A stretch of 64,000 bases of DNA from Macrostomum lignano (Eukaryota), in NCBI GenBank assembly GCA_002269645.1, contig NIVC01002600.1, positions 62,001 to 126,000 on the forward strand, written 5' to 3'. A program made the translations under genes and the position numbers. The notes below the pieces were generated by a model. The model saw nothing but the letters and a program-made list of their open reading frames with translations, had not been told where the DNA came from and did no database searches. Below are positions 35,469 through 47,845 of this stretch, piece by piece. Positions within the stretch are counted from its first letter, which is position 1, and each line of letters begins with the position of its first letter.

Positions 35469-38400
35469 ACTAGGCCTATGCACATCCAGAAACTTATTGC
35501 TTAGCCTTCATAACTGTTTTTTTCTCTCTAACTTTCTGTTTGGGCACATCTGGAAACTTACCCCCCTCCCCAGTCTTTTAGTGTGGTAGTGCATAGGTAA
35601 GTAACAAATCTGGACAAAACTAAGTTGCACCAGATGGGTGAAATTTTGAGGTTGGGCATGTATGCACTAGATCATATATTGTCATATCCTCTTATTGCCT
35701 AATTAATTGCCTGATACTGCCTATCTAGTGTAGACAAAAACAAAATAATAATAGGCCTAGGGCCTACACATACTCATATTGCACCATATTAGCACTAGGC
35801 CTAGGCCTAAAATGACAGTCACTAGATTGATTGTAGGCCCCTAACTAAAGTAAATACAATCCCTACGACCCTACTGATTAATTAAACTAAGTTGACGTAG
35901 GCCCTGCACTAGTGTAGTCCCTAGCCTACTTGCTACTTCTGCGTCTGTGACTCTGTACTAAAGGCCTAGGCCTACACCATTTTATAGTTCGAAATAGTGC
36001 TTTACTTTATATTGAAGGAAGTTTACAACATTAAGAACTTTAGAAAGTTACAGTAGGCCTAGGCCTGGCCTAATTAACTATAGTAGGCCTAACTTATAGT
36101 GGCCTAGCTTTCTTAATTTAAAGCTTCGATAACTTACTTAAGCCCTCAGCCCTTATGGTAAACAACAATACAACATCAAACAACAAGTTCTACATGCTGC
36201 TGCTGCTGACCATGACGAGTGATGATGAGCACTAATTGTTTAAATTTTATTCGAATTTATATTTTATAGCTACCTCAAATATTATGCATATGAATCTCAT
36301 TCACATATTTAACAAGCAAAAGGCCGGAACACAATTACATTCCTGATTGTCTGTTGCATATTGTAATTTGTTTTTGTGTAAAAGTTTTCTAAGAAAAAAT
36401 TAAAACCATAACTAAAAATAAAGCGGGCTTCGTGACTATTACAGTAATCCTGAGCAATGTTAATTAATTGATGCATTTGATATACATTTATTGTTAAGTA
36501 TTTTGCAATCACTCAAAAAGAGTAAAGGAAAGTTTAGTGCGTAGTAACACGTGATGTTAATATAGAAGTTTTGTCTACACTTCAAGTTTAAGTATTGGTT
36601 AGCAATTAGCATGAATTGAAAATTTTCAAGTAGACCTACAGTCACCTACTTACCCTACTTACCTTATTTTTACCTACTATGCCATTTTGACTATGCCTAT
36701 TGTCAGTATTGAATAGAAGACAAGTTATTTGAAAGTATGCCTATTTCAAGTTGGTCTAGGGCCTATTCATTAATTATTAGGCCTAGCAACTGTGACAGTA
36801 AGAAGTAGGCCTATTGCTTGCATTGCCATTGGCATAGGCATAGGCCTATTAATACTTTTAAATTTAATGATCCTCTTAATTGTCTTGCTAAAATATGCAA
36901 TTAATTAATTGTTGAACGAAACTAGAATCCCTACAACTCTTAATTTATCCTTTTAAAAACTAAGCTAGTAATATTGGTCCTCATTGTTCATTCATCAGCT
37001 CAAGTATTTTTGTGTTTAAAATTAAAAATCAAAGGTTGGGGCAGGGCCTAATTGTAACTAGAGTCCTGTCATGAGCCCATAGTTTATATGCCAAGTATAC
37101 CAAAAATTAGAAATGTGACTTTGTCCAGGTCAATATCAAGTATACCAAGTCCAAAGTTTTACAATTATACAACTTTACTTTTGCATTGCAACAATAAAAA
37201 ACCTTTTTCTATTGTTATGTTTGATATCTTATATGCACATTATAACAAAATAGGTGTTGTGTCTTTTTCTCATTTATAAAAACTTGCAATTATATAAAGT
37301 TCTAGTTGATTTATCTAAATTCTATAAAAGCATTAACAAATTTAATTACTATTATTATTTATTTGTTTAAATATTCCCATCACCTCTCAACTGCTTACAT
37401 TTTTCTTTGAAATGTTCTACCTTTTGTTATAGAAACTAGATTCTTTGTACCTTTTTTCAAAGTGCATTTTATATTACTTTTTTATATGCTATTGCATTGC
37501 TAAATATAACTTTTTTAGGATTCAAGCAGACCAAATATGCCAATAGATCTATATAGTAATTTTGCACTATTTGTCTATTAGTCTATCAAACAAATAGCAG
37601 ATTGAATGAGAAATAGCTTTGAATAGAAAGTGGATCAAATATTCAAAAAATGATTTTTCAATGCTTGTAATGGGTGCATTGTTTTTTAATTAAATTGTTC
37701 AGTTCAACCATTTAGGCTTCTTTGACCTTGGCCAATGTATAGTGTAGGATATAATATTAAGAATAAAGCTAAATGAGTTTTATGACCTTTGTGTAGCATA
37801 ATAAGCTTATAAATGGTAGGGTTTGTTTAATTTTATTATGGTTTACAATTAATAGACAATTAATAAAAGTGTGGGTATATATAAGAGGGGGTAAAAAGGT
37901 AGCCTGCAATTTATCAACCCCCTAAACTGCTCTGATCTTGTTTGTCTTATTTTATGAATACACAATACTAGGTAATACAGTTGCAGTTAGAGGCAATGAA
38001 TAGGCCTATCTAATAGGCCTAATTAATTCAAATTCATTTGGAAAATTGGTATATCAAATTTATACCAATTGTAAGTGGGCCAAATATTTGAAAACAAGTT
38101 TTTAATGCTTATAATGTTAGAACTTTTAATTTGAATACTTACTATTAAAGGCTTAGTGCCATAGTGTTCTTATATATATTCAGCAACATAAAAAATTTGC
38201 CATCATGGAAGATTTCTATTTGTCTCTTTTGAAAGTAGTCTCTCCATCTTTGTAATGGCAACACTTGCTACACTGCGGTAAGGTTGAGTTAAGGAATAAA
38301 GTGGGAAGATACAATGTGCAAGGTTTTGTTAGATGGATTAAAGCTACCCAATCAGTTTTTTTGTATCTTTTACTTATAGAATAATAATCCAAGAGACATT

Positions 38401-39849
38401 GCTCACTAGTGCATAGAGTGGCAACTTTTCAGTGGCAAGTAATCAAATATATATAAAATTTGAAAAATGCAAAAATCAATCTGGAATTAGGTAAAATATT
38501 CAAAAAAATGTTTTTCATGCTTTCAATATTTGAATTTTAATTTAAATGCCTTTAGGAAGGCTTAATGCACTAGTATATCCTAAAAGTAATGGCTTTTTCT
38601 GGGGTCAAGTGTGTCTAGCAATAAGCCTCAAGCCTCAATCTTGTCAATACCTTTATAAGTTTTGTATTCTTATTTCCTTATGCCTATTTACCTCATTTCT
38701 AACACCTATAATAATCTTTTATGGCTTCTATTGCCCTATTTTAAGCCTTAATTTCAATTTCCCAATTCCAAGCCTTTAAGGCTTCTCCTATCTTGTGCTT
38801 TATGCACTATAATCTTTGTTGGGCTTTATGCCTTGGTAATACACAAACTTAAAAGACTAGGGTCCTAAAGATTGAATTTCTCAAAAGGCTCAAAAAGTTA
38901 ACTGTTTATTTTAGATAGGTTAGTTAGTTATGGCTACTTTTATAGAATAATCAGGTAGAATTTTATTAGATAATGTTTAGCAAAACAAATTCACAGTTTT
39001 TAACAAATTAAAACAAATCAAATTTTATAAATCCATTAGCATGTTGATATGGTCTATGATAGTGACTTATAGAATCAAAAGTCAGTTATCTAATAGTTGC
39101 TCTTTTACCTTCAAGACAAAAAAGATATTCCAGACCCAGGTCCACCATGTAACCAGGATGAAGAATAATCTTGATATTGCTGCTAGCAAAGAAATCAATA
39201 GTCCTTAATAGTGTATATATTGGTATTGTCATAGTGCAGGCAGGTATTGCAGCAGTTATATTTGATAATTCTATTATAATCACCTTTGGGAGACAGATGC
39301 TAGTATACTATTGTGCTCATAGTTTATTCGTTTTACAATACCACTTGCAATTTAATCAGTTTTTTGAGAAAAAAGGTTGTCAAAAGCCTGTTAGCACTCT
39401 ATCTACAATTTCATAGGTGAAAACTTGCCATTGAAGCAGCAGACAGTTGATTAGCATTTAGTGTCTAGATCAAGCTAATAGATCTGTTTTGTTACCCATG
39501 AAAACATCACCTATGTCTAGCACACCACGACTAGTGCCTCCATTGAAGTGAGTGAGAAAATGAGGCACCCATTGTATACACAGCTTCTACATATGCCAGT
39601 GTTAGTGTTGAATGGTCTGAAGCTTCAACTTGCCTAGTTTCAATGTCCAGAACCTCTTGTAGCTGACTGTATCTGCTTCACAATTCTAAAGCCAAAACTT
39701 TACTTAGCCACTTTTTCTTACCCTAAAAATTAATGTTTTTCTATATAAAAACTTACAATTATTAAAAGCAGAAAATTTCTCTTGATTTCGGATCCTATCT
39801 GCTATTTCTTCTAGTCTAGCACCTAAAATTTGGCCTGTTTGCAGCAACA

Positions 39850-41217
39850 ATGTCCAGCACAGCTGATGACAATGACGACAATGGAGAAGATCGCGCCGTG
39901 CTTGTGCAGTTTGTCAGCGAGACTGGCGAGGAAGCTGGGCCGCCCCTGCAGGCTCTGCTGGGATCTACAGTAGCAGATCTAAAGGCGACACTCGATGCTC
40001 AATTGATAGTCCAGAGTGGGGATTATGATGATCAAGTTATTTATAAGTGAGTAGTATGCTTTGCTAGGTAGTGCGTTAGGGAGTTAGTAGGGGGGGGGGG
40101 CTTGTCAATTCTTTGGGAAATGATTCGCCCCCCCCCCCCGGTGATCAAAATAGCTCTACAATATGCGCAGCTTAATGAAAACCAAGAATTTTTGCTTCAG
40201 GGTGCCAAAAAAGGCCTGCGGCGCCAAAGGGAGTGTCTGTGGCGCCAGAAGGAGTGCCTTTGGTGCTAAAATGAGAGTCTTCGGCGACAAAATAAGTGTC
40301 TGCAGTGCCAAAATGAGTGCCTGCAGCGCTAAGATGAGTACTTGTGGTGCCAAATTGAGTGCCTATGGCGCCAAAAATGAGTGCCTTTGGTGCCAAAATG
40401 AGTGCCTGCGGCTCCAAAATAAGTGCTCAGCGGCGCTAAAATAAATTTAGCCGGATATGAAAGCTGATTAATAACCTAAATTAAATATAGCTGCGCGTAG
40501 ATTCGAACCTGCGACTAACTGCGCCCTACATATTCCCTACCCCAGATTTTTCGTAGACGAAGCGGAAGTGGCCACCAGTCTAGCTGGCGCTGTCGACTGC
40601 GGCCGAGTCAACGAGCGCCTGCTCCGCATAGTCTACCAACCGCAAGCGCTGTTTCGTGTCCGCCCGGTGACTCGCTGCACCTCCAGCTTGCCCGGCCACT
40701 CGGAGGCCGTCCTATCGGCGGCATTCTCGCCTGACAGCCGGAATTTGGCCAGCGGATCCGGAGACGCCGCCGTCAGATTCTGGGACTTGTCAACCGAGAC
40801 GCCTTTGCACGAGTGTCGGGGACACAAGCACTGGGTGCTGTGCATTGCCTGGTCGCCGGACGGCCGGCGCCTGGCCAGCGCCTGCAAGCGCGGCCAGATT
40901 TGCCTGTGGTGCCCGGACACTGGCAAGCAGATTGGCCGGCCGCTGGCTCGGCACACGCAGTGGGTGACCAGCTTGGCTTGGCGACCGCTGCATCTGGATT
41001 CTGAGTGCAGATTATTGGCATCGGCGTCTAAGGATTGCACTGTGATACTGTGGGACACCATTGTTGGACAGGTTAGCCGGGTTATTAGCGGACACGAGCA
41101 GGCCGTGACTCAGGTGAGTAACTTGGGGGCTGTGTTGATTTTTTAAAATTTTAAATAAATAGGAAAGGTGGATAGACGGGCAGACAGACAGACACTAAGG
41201 TTGGCAGACAGACAGAC

Positions 41218-41248
<31 letters not shown>

Positions 41249-42498
41249 CTAAGACAGGACAGTAGGAAGGCAGATTGATAAGCAAATGTTCAAATGCCTA
41301 AGTTTTAGACACTATCAAAAATGAATAAATTAAAATCGTGGTCCAGGCAATATACTTGAAAACCCTCACCCTCCATCCCATTGCACAGGTGCGCTGGGGC
41401 GGCACCGACCTGCTGTACACGGGCAGCCGGGATCGGACAGTCCGAGTTTGGCGCGCTGACGACGGCGCCCTGTGCCGCACCCTGCAGCAGCACGCGCACT
41501 GGGTGAACACTCTGGCGCTCAGTACGGACTACGCTATGCGGCTTGGTGCTAACGAGCCTGGCAAGCCGGCACCGGAGATTGGCGCGCCAAGAACTGAGCT
41601 GTGCGAACGGGCCCGGCGAGTCTACGAGGCTGCCAGGTTAGGCAATTAGACAATAGAAGACTACGGCTTCCTTAGCATCATGTTTAGTCTCCATGCAGTT
41701 TGCTAGGGTTCTTAGTGTGATTATATAATGCCCCCGATCTCATTGGATAATGCTCCCGATCTCATTGGATAATGCTCCCGATCTCATTGGATAATGCTCC
41801 CGATCTCATTGGATAATACTCCCGATCTCATTGGATAATGCTCCCGATCTCATTGGATAATGCTCCCGATCTCATTGGATAATGCTCCCGATCTCATTGG
41901 ATAATGCTCCCGATCTCATTGGATAATGCTCCCGATCTCATTGGATAATACTCCCGATCTCATTATATAATGCTCCCCATCCCATTGGCTAAGAACCAAG
42001 TACTTTACCCTTCATTCTCCCGCCCATCCCAGACGCGACCAGCCGGAACGCCTCGTATCAGGGAGCGACGATTTCACGCTAACGCTGTGGACCCCGGAGA
42101 CCGACAAGCGGCCCGTGGCCCGCCTAACCGGCCACCTGCAGCTGGTCAACGATGTCCGATTTAGCCCGGACGGCCGCTTATTGGCTAGCGCCAGTTTTGA
42201 TAAATCTGTCCGATTGTGGGACGGCCGGACAGGCAAATTCTTGGCCACCCTGCTTGGCCATGTTGGCCGAGTCTACCAGGTGGCCTGGTCGGCCGACAGC
42301 CGCCTATTGGTATCGTCTAGCGCCGACAGCACCCTAAAGCTGTGGGACATTGGCGCTGCTGGCGGCAAGAATCGTTTAAAGCCTGTGAACGATTTGCCCG
42401 GCCACGCTGACGAAGTTTACGCAGTCGATTGGTCGCCCGACGGCCAGAAAGTGGCCAGCGGAGGGAAGGATCGCGAATTGAAGCTGTGGCGAAACTGA
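39850..42498 (+). CDS. NLE1: Notchless protein homolog 1 (NLE ubiquitin-like domain plus WD40; Rsa4 ortholog, 60S biogenesis), 4 exons, ~492 aa
   Basis: Exons 39850-40046, 40546-41113, 41389-41636, 42033-42498 (1479 nt, phases consistent). Motifs: VLVQFVSETGE, IVYQPQALFRVRPVTRCTSSLPGHSEAV, ERLVSGSDDFTLTLW, DLPGHADEVYAVDWSPDGQKVASGGKDRELKLWRN*. Confidence 0.96.
41730..41975. repeat. 22-bp minisatellite in NLE1 intron 3
   Basis: CTCCCGATCTCATTGGATAATG units. Confidence 0.93.
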
Positions 42499-42774
42499 AG
42501 ATTACAAGTGGAATAGTTTAGCTTAATTAAATTGGTGTTTTTATCCTACTGTTAGTAGGCAACAGGAGCATTTTATATTTAGCGCACTTTGTTGGATTCA
42601 AATTGCCTCACTTCCCGGAGACCTTGTCAAGAAAGTAATAAAATTGTGACTGTCTAAAACTTTTTTGCATGAAAAATTGCCTTTTTGAGTTGTATTAATT
42701 TTTCTTCCACTGCCAGCCATCCCATCAGCTTCTATATGTTGGAGATTATAAACGCACGTTCGATTCACACCTAT

Positions 42775-42900
42775 TAGGGCCAACCCCAAAGACACAGAGA
42801 GTGTACATGCCTGACAATTAGAAAGTCCGGACCGCTGTACACCCTGTGTGAGCGTGTCCGCGCTCTTGTATGTGCTCAGCGGTCAATGTCGCCGAAGGAG
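42775..42900 (+). mobile_element. SINE family A partial copy
   Basis: GACACAGAGAGTGTACATGCCTGACAATTAGAAAGTCCGGACCGCTGTACACCCTG core; a shorter trace occurs at ~53765-53815. Confidence 0.7.
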
Positions 42901-43147
42901 TATGAGAGGTGGAACAGCCCGAACTAATCATCTAGTAAGCCTACTTGCAGTAGTCAAAGTTGAATTTAACAAAATACTAAACAACGGCCCCCGCAGCAGC
43001 AGCAGCAGCAGGCGTCAGGCCACAGCGGCACTATCCGCACCTGTACCGGATGTCAGCGCCAATTCTATCAGCTGACTGAGTTGAGCCCGGCGGCCGATTG
43101 TACAAGCTTAGCTGATGCCAGACCTTGTCGGCACTGCTTAGACGAAA

Positions 43148-46100
43148 TGGAGCACGAAGTATCGTCCAAAGTGGTGGATTCTGTACTGTTGCGTCATACT
43201 AGCGTCAGCCAATCGCTGCGCAGTTTTATGAGCAGCACACCGTCTAGGCCAGTCAGCATGCCGGTGTGTAGTAGAGTTGGCGAAGATCTGGCTGGCTCTG
43301 AACAGAAGTCTCCGGAAGGTAATATTGAAATGTAGAAAAAAATAAACTTAGTTTTGTTTTTTTATCGGCGGGGTTCCAGGCGCCGTTTGTCAAATTCCAG
43401 CTTGGAAAAAATAGAGGGTGTCAAAATTGAAGTTGATCTGTCGTGACCACAGATACTAAAATAACAATAGATAGATATTTTAGTGTCTGAGTTGCAAGAT
43501 TCGCCACAGGCTTTTTGTCCTTAAAGCGAACACATTCAATTAGCTTACGAGTATTCATCCTGTTGGCAGCTGCACCCAAATCCAATGCGTGTGCATAAAG
43601 AGCAGAGTGAAAAGGGTTGGCGCTCCAGCCCTCCAGCCAGGCCCGTAAAACAGTTTAAGGATTTCCTCTTGCCCGCTTGTGTCTGACTTTATAACAAAAT
43701 ACTAAAGCGAGTCCTTACTCCTCTCTCATTGGCTGAGCTAGATGGGGTCTGTCCACCTAGGCTGAGTTTCGACCGTCAAACTTTGACCTCTCTTCTTACT
43801 GCTCTGTCATTGGCTGAGCTATATTAGGCCTGCCTGCTCCCTAGGCTGAGTTTCGTCTGTATTACGTTCACCCGTTGGATTTTGATTTTCTAAAGTAGGC
43901 ATAAAAGGTGAAGAGTTTTGCACCTTCTGCCTCACTTTCGCCTCTCTTATGCCTATTTTGTTCCACTGTGCACCGCGTGTTCACCTCAGTGCCTCTGCAG
44001 GGTCAAAAGGTGAATTTAAGGCATGAAATAGGCGGTAGGGGCACAAGTGTCATAGGGGAGTTGGATGCATTAAAGGTGCACAGTGTGCATTGGAGGCACA
44101 AAAGGTGAACAGAGTAGGAATTGGGGGTATTGGTGGAGTAAAAGGTGAACAAAAGGTGCGCCGCGGTGGAGGTGCATAAAGGTGTACAGTGTGCATTGGA
44201 GGCACAAAAGGTGAACAAAAGGTGCACAGTGGGCACTTTAGGTGCAGAAGCAATGCAAGGGGCATTCCAACTTGCGAAAGTTCTTTGCTACTTTTCCTCA
44301 CTATTCTTTGGAAAGATTCGGAACTTTTCCACACTGATGCAAAACTTTTCATCACTTTTCGGAACTTTTCCTCAGTATTTGAAAGTCATTGGAACTTATC
44401 AGTATAGGGAATGTTTACTATCGCGGTTGGCCAGAATCAGGAAGGGATAGCAGCGATTAGTATAGGTGTAAATAAAGCTTTTCTATGTTTAATGTGCCTG
44501 CAAATTACGAGTATGTAACTTACAGTTAATTTTTATTACTAATTCCCATTAGAAAAGTTATGCAACCGCGTAGGCATAAAAGGTGAGAAAGGTGCACAAA
44601 AGAGGCACCTTAGTGGCCTATTTCGTGCTGGTTTTGGAAATGCACATGTACGCACCTATTTACTCCGTGACTTAATTGTCTTTTGAAAGAAGTAGTTTAA
44701 TTAGAATCATGTACACCCACCTCTGATTCACCTTTCATGCACTTTCTGTGCCCCTTCTGCACCTCCCGTGCACCTGCTGTGCCTCACTTGTGAGCCTGCT
44801 GTTCACCTTTTGCGCACCTCCAGTGCCCCTTACACATTTTTACTGCTCCTAACGCCGCAACCAATCAAAATTGAGAATTCACCTACTGCCTGACCACTTC
44901 ACCGATTTTACACTTTTCATGCCTCTTCAAAAATATTGGTGACATTTAGGCATACAAGGTGCACTCAGGTACATTTCCAAAACATGCAAGAAATAGGCCA
45001 CTTTTGTGCATCTCGTTCACCTTTTATGCCTCTGCAGTTGTATAACTTTTCCAACGGGTCATTTTGTTCCTGCTTAACCCCATTTGCTCTTGAGGCCACA
45101 AAACCCGAGGAAAAAAAGAAACTTTTAGCTGCCAAATTAAAATTTAAGAGAGGATGCGCAGAGAAACTACTGAAAAAGAGTAGACGCTCGCGAAAAGAGT
45201 TGACAACTGTGCTAAGAAGTGTTTCAGAAAGTGGTTAGATTAGCAGGGCTGGAGCAAAGCATACAGTATGCCGTAAAAATATTGGCAGTATAATTAAATA
45301 TAAATAATTAATAAACTCCAAAGCAGCCGGCCGCTCATTCTACAAATCAGCCGAATGGGAGGCAATCTGGTCTGTCAGCGACTCCCAGACTGCTCAGCCG
45401 TCGCCAACGCCGACCCCGTCGCATCGGGCAGCCCACCGGTTCTGCCCGCGCCATCCGGACCAGCTGGCTCTAGTCGAAGGCGATCCTATTGTTGTGCTAC
45501 GCGTCGACCCAGACGGCTGGGCTGCCGGGGTCAATCTGCGCACTAGAGAGCGCGGCGTCTTCCCTCTGCCGCTGGCAACTGCCGCCAAGCCCAGCTGCAA
45601 TGGCGACAGTCAGTCACTACTGCCGCCGGCTCCCGCCATATCGCCGCCGCCACCGCCGTCGTCCTCCTCGTCGTCGTTGACCTTGTCGACATTGTCGAGT
45701 CCGCCAACGACTGTTGTCGCTTCCGCCGCTGTCGTTGCCGAACCTGAAGGCGGCGTTGGCGGCAGCGGCGGCAATTTTGTTGCCACAGGTTTAAATTTTG
45801 TTGGCGCGGTTGAAGTGGCCGCCGGAGTCGATCGGGCCCGTCTGGCCAAGGCTTTGGATCGGGTGAGCATTGTGAGCCATTTGTGAGGAAATCTAGGGAC
45901 TCATTTTCTTAACTGGGTGCCATTACATTTATCTAGGCGCCATATTTCATTTAATTGGGCGCCATTTCATTTAACTGGGCGCCATTTCATTGAACTGTCT
46001 GATTTTTACTGAACTGATTATTTCTTTTAATCAAAAAAGAAAACAGATTTTTTGTCCCTCATCAAGCAGTTATGCTAATGCACATACTATTGATATTTAC

Positions 46101-47340
46101 TCATTTCAAGGTGCTCAGCAGCCAATCAGGTCGCAGTGGCTCCAACTGCAGTGTGGTAGTGAGCACCTACGGCATTAGAATGTCTAGCAGCTGTTTAACT
46201 GGCGAGGTAAGATGCCCTTTTTGTCGTTCCAAATGCATAAATTGTATTACAAAACGCTTCTCGCCTACTTACAATGCTTATGTGAGTAGTGTAGCGCTTT
46301 TGCTAACCTATTTTTTCATCTGTTATTATGTGCGCTAAAATCTAAAGTTGCCTGCTTTTTTCTTCGCTCAAGCAACAGCAGCCGCAACAGGGCGATGCAA
46401 ATTTTACGGCAAAGCATCGCCAGAAAACGGCGCCACCGCTGCTAACGCAGCTGCTGCGCCGCCTGTCCTCACCCTGTCTGGCAGCGTCTACGGGCGCCGC
46501 CGATCTTGTCAATAAGCGGGCATTAAAGCGGCAGTCACGTGACAGTCACTGCTGTTTGCAGCAGGTATTACAGATGCGTAGCTAAGGTTGCGTTTTTTAA
46601 GTCAGTAGGTTGGCTGATAAAATGCGGCTGTAATTTTAGCATTCAAATTGTTTTTTTTTCATTTTCGTAACTTTTTAGTACCCGTTTGTCAAACGAAAGT
46701 AAACATGGACAACTTGCTCAGTGTTATTTCTTAGGGGGTTGTAACCTAGTGGTTAGAGCGTCGGACTTACGACTTGAAGATCGGGGAATTCACGATCCCA
46801 CTGTTTGTGTCCTTGAGCAAGACACTTAAAACTCTGCATTGCTTCAGTTCACCCAGCTGTAAAATGGGTGCCAGCATTAGCTGGGGTAATTGAGAGAGTG
46901 TGTGGCGACCCTCCAAAGACGTCAATTTTATCATCCATAACTTGTGGCTTTTAAAGTTCCTCTGTTAGATGTTGAATATAATATTTCAAATCGTCTACTG
47001 ATTAGTAGCAAGGTTTGATAGTGAAATAAAATTTTAACAAACAAAAACTGATCCAAAAAAAATTAAATTTGTATTACAGCCCACTGCCGAACAGTTCAGC
47101 TATTACTTCAGCATGCGCAATGTGTCCCTGTGCTGCGTCCATCCAACTCTGCCAGCGGTTGCCGCTTTCGTCACCCGGCATCCTAGACTGGAGCGCCGTC
47201 TGGCCGCTGCTCACGTGTTCACTGGCGCCTGCCAACAGCTGGCCAGCTTAGTGTCGGCTGTGCAGGCTGCCTACGCCAGGTTCTACAATGAGTACATGGC
47301 GTTCTGTCATCCTACAGAGGATCTGTTTATTGATGAGTAG
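43148..47340 (+). CDS. MAPK8IP1: JNK-interacting protein 1 / APLIP1-like SH3-PTB scaffold (short form; start uncertain)
   Basis: Exons ~42997/43148-43318, 45324-45862, 46111-46206, probable 46373-46564, 47080-47340. SH3 HRAAHRFCPRHPDQLALVEGDPIVVLRVDPDGWAAGVNLRTRERGVFP, PTB ...FSMRNVSLCCVHP...FVTRHP, and C-terminus FYNEYMAFCHPTEDLFIDE* resembling the JIP1 kinesin-light-chain-binding tail (CPTEDIYLE). Confidence 0.82.
46734..46911 (+). mobile_element. tRNA-headed SINE family B (CORE/Meta-like core)
   Basis: Head CTAGTGGTTAGAGCG; core GTGTCCTTGAGCAAGACACTTAA...CAGTTCACCCAGCTGTAAAATGGGT. Confidence 0.75.
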
Positions 47341-47679
47341 CAGGCGTTACAGATATGGGTGGGTTTTTTTGCCTTTTAAAAGTTTAGTCTGTTTGTTGAC
47401 ACTATGGACCACGATTTCTAGTCACGTGTTCTCCGCTCTCTCTGTCTGTCTCTGAACTGTCTCTTAGCCGAAGGAGTTGCGCCAGGGTTTCCCAGAGGCC
47501 TCTCGTGATTATCATTCAACCCATATTTAAACAACTGTAGGCTGCCTAAGTTGACAGATTTCCAACTCTTTATAGTCAATCATAACAGTAATAATTGGTT
47601 ACACTTATGCAACCGACAGCTCAGCCGCAGCCATTGCGCGGCGCATCTGAAGGCTGCGTACGGCTGTTCAGTCCAAGGA

Positions 47680-47845
47680 CTGGGGGTCGCCACACACAGC
47701 CTCAATTAACCTAGCTAATACTGCCACCCATTTTACAGCTTAAGTGTCTTGCTCAAGGACACAAATTGTTCTGAGTAAGCCGAGAATCGAACCCCTTACC
47801 TTCCAGTCGGGAGTCCGACGCTCTAACCACTAGGCTACAACCCCC
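47680..47845 (-). mobile_element. SINE family B copy (reverse)
   Basis: The reverse complement matches 46734-46911 (GGGGTTGTAGCCTAGTGGTTAGAGCGTCGGAC...GTGTCCTTGAGCAAGACACTTAA...GTGTGGCGACC). Confidence 0.75.

Noticed and set aside
39100-39700. Possible decayed ORF in AT-rich DNA upstream of NLE1
   Set aside because: Stop density is as expected for random AT-rich sequence, and no recognisable motif was found.
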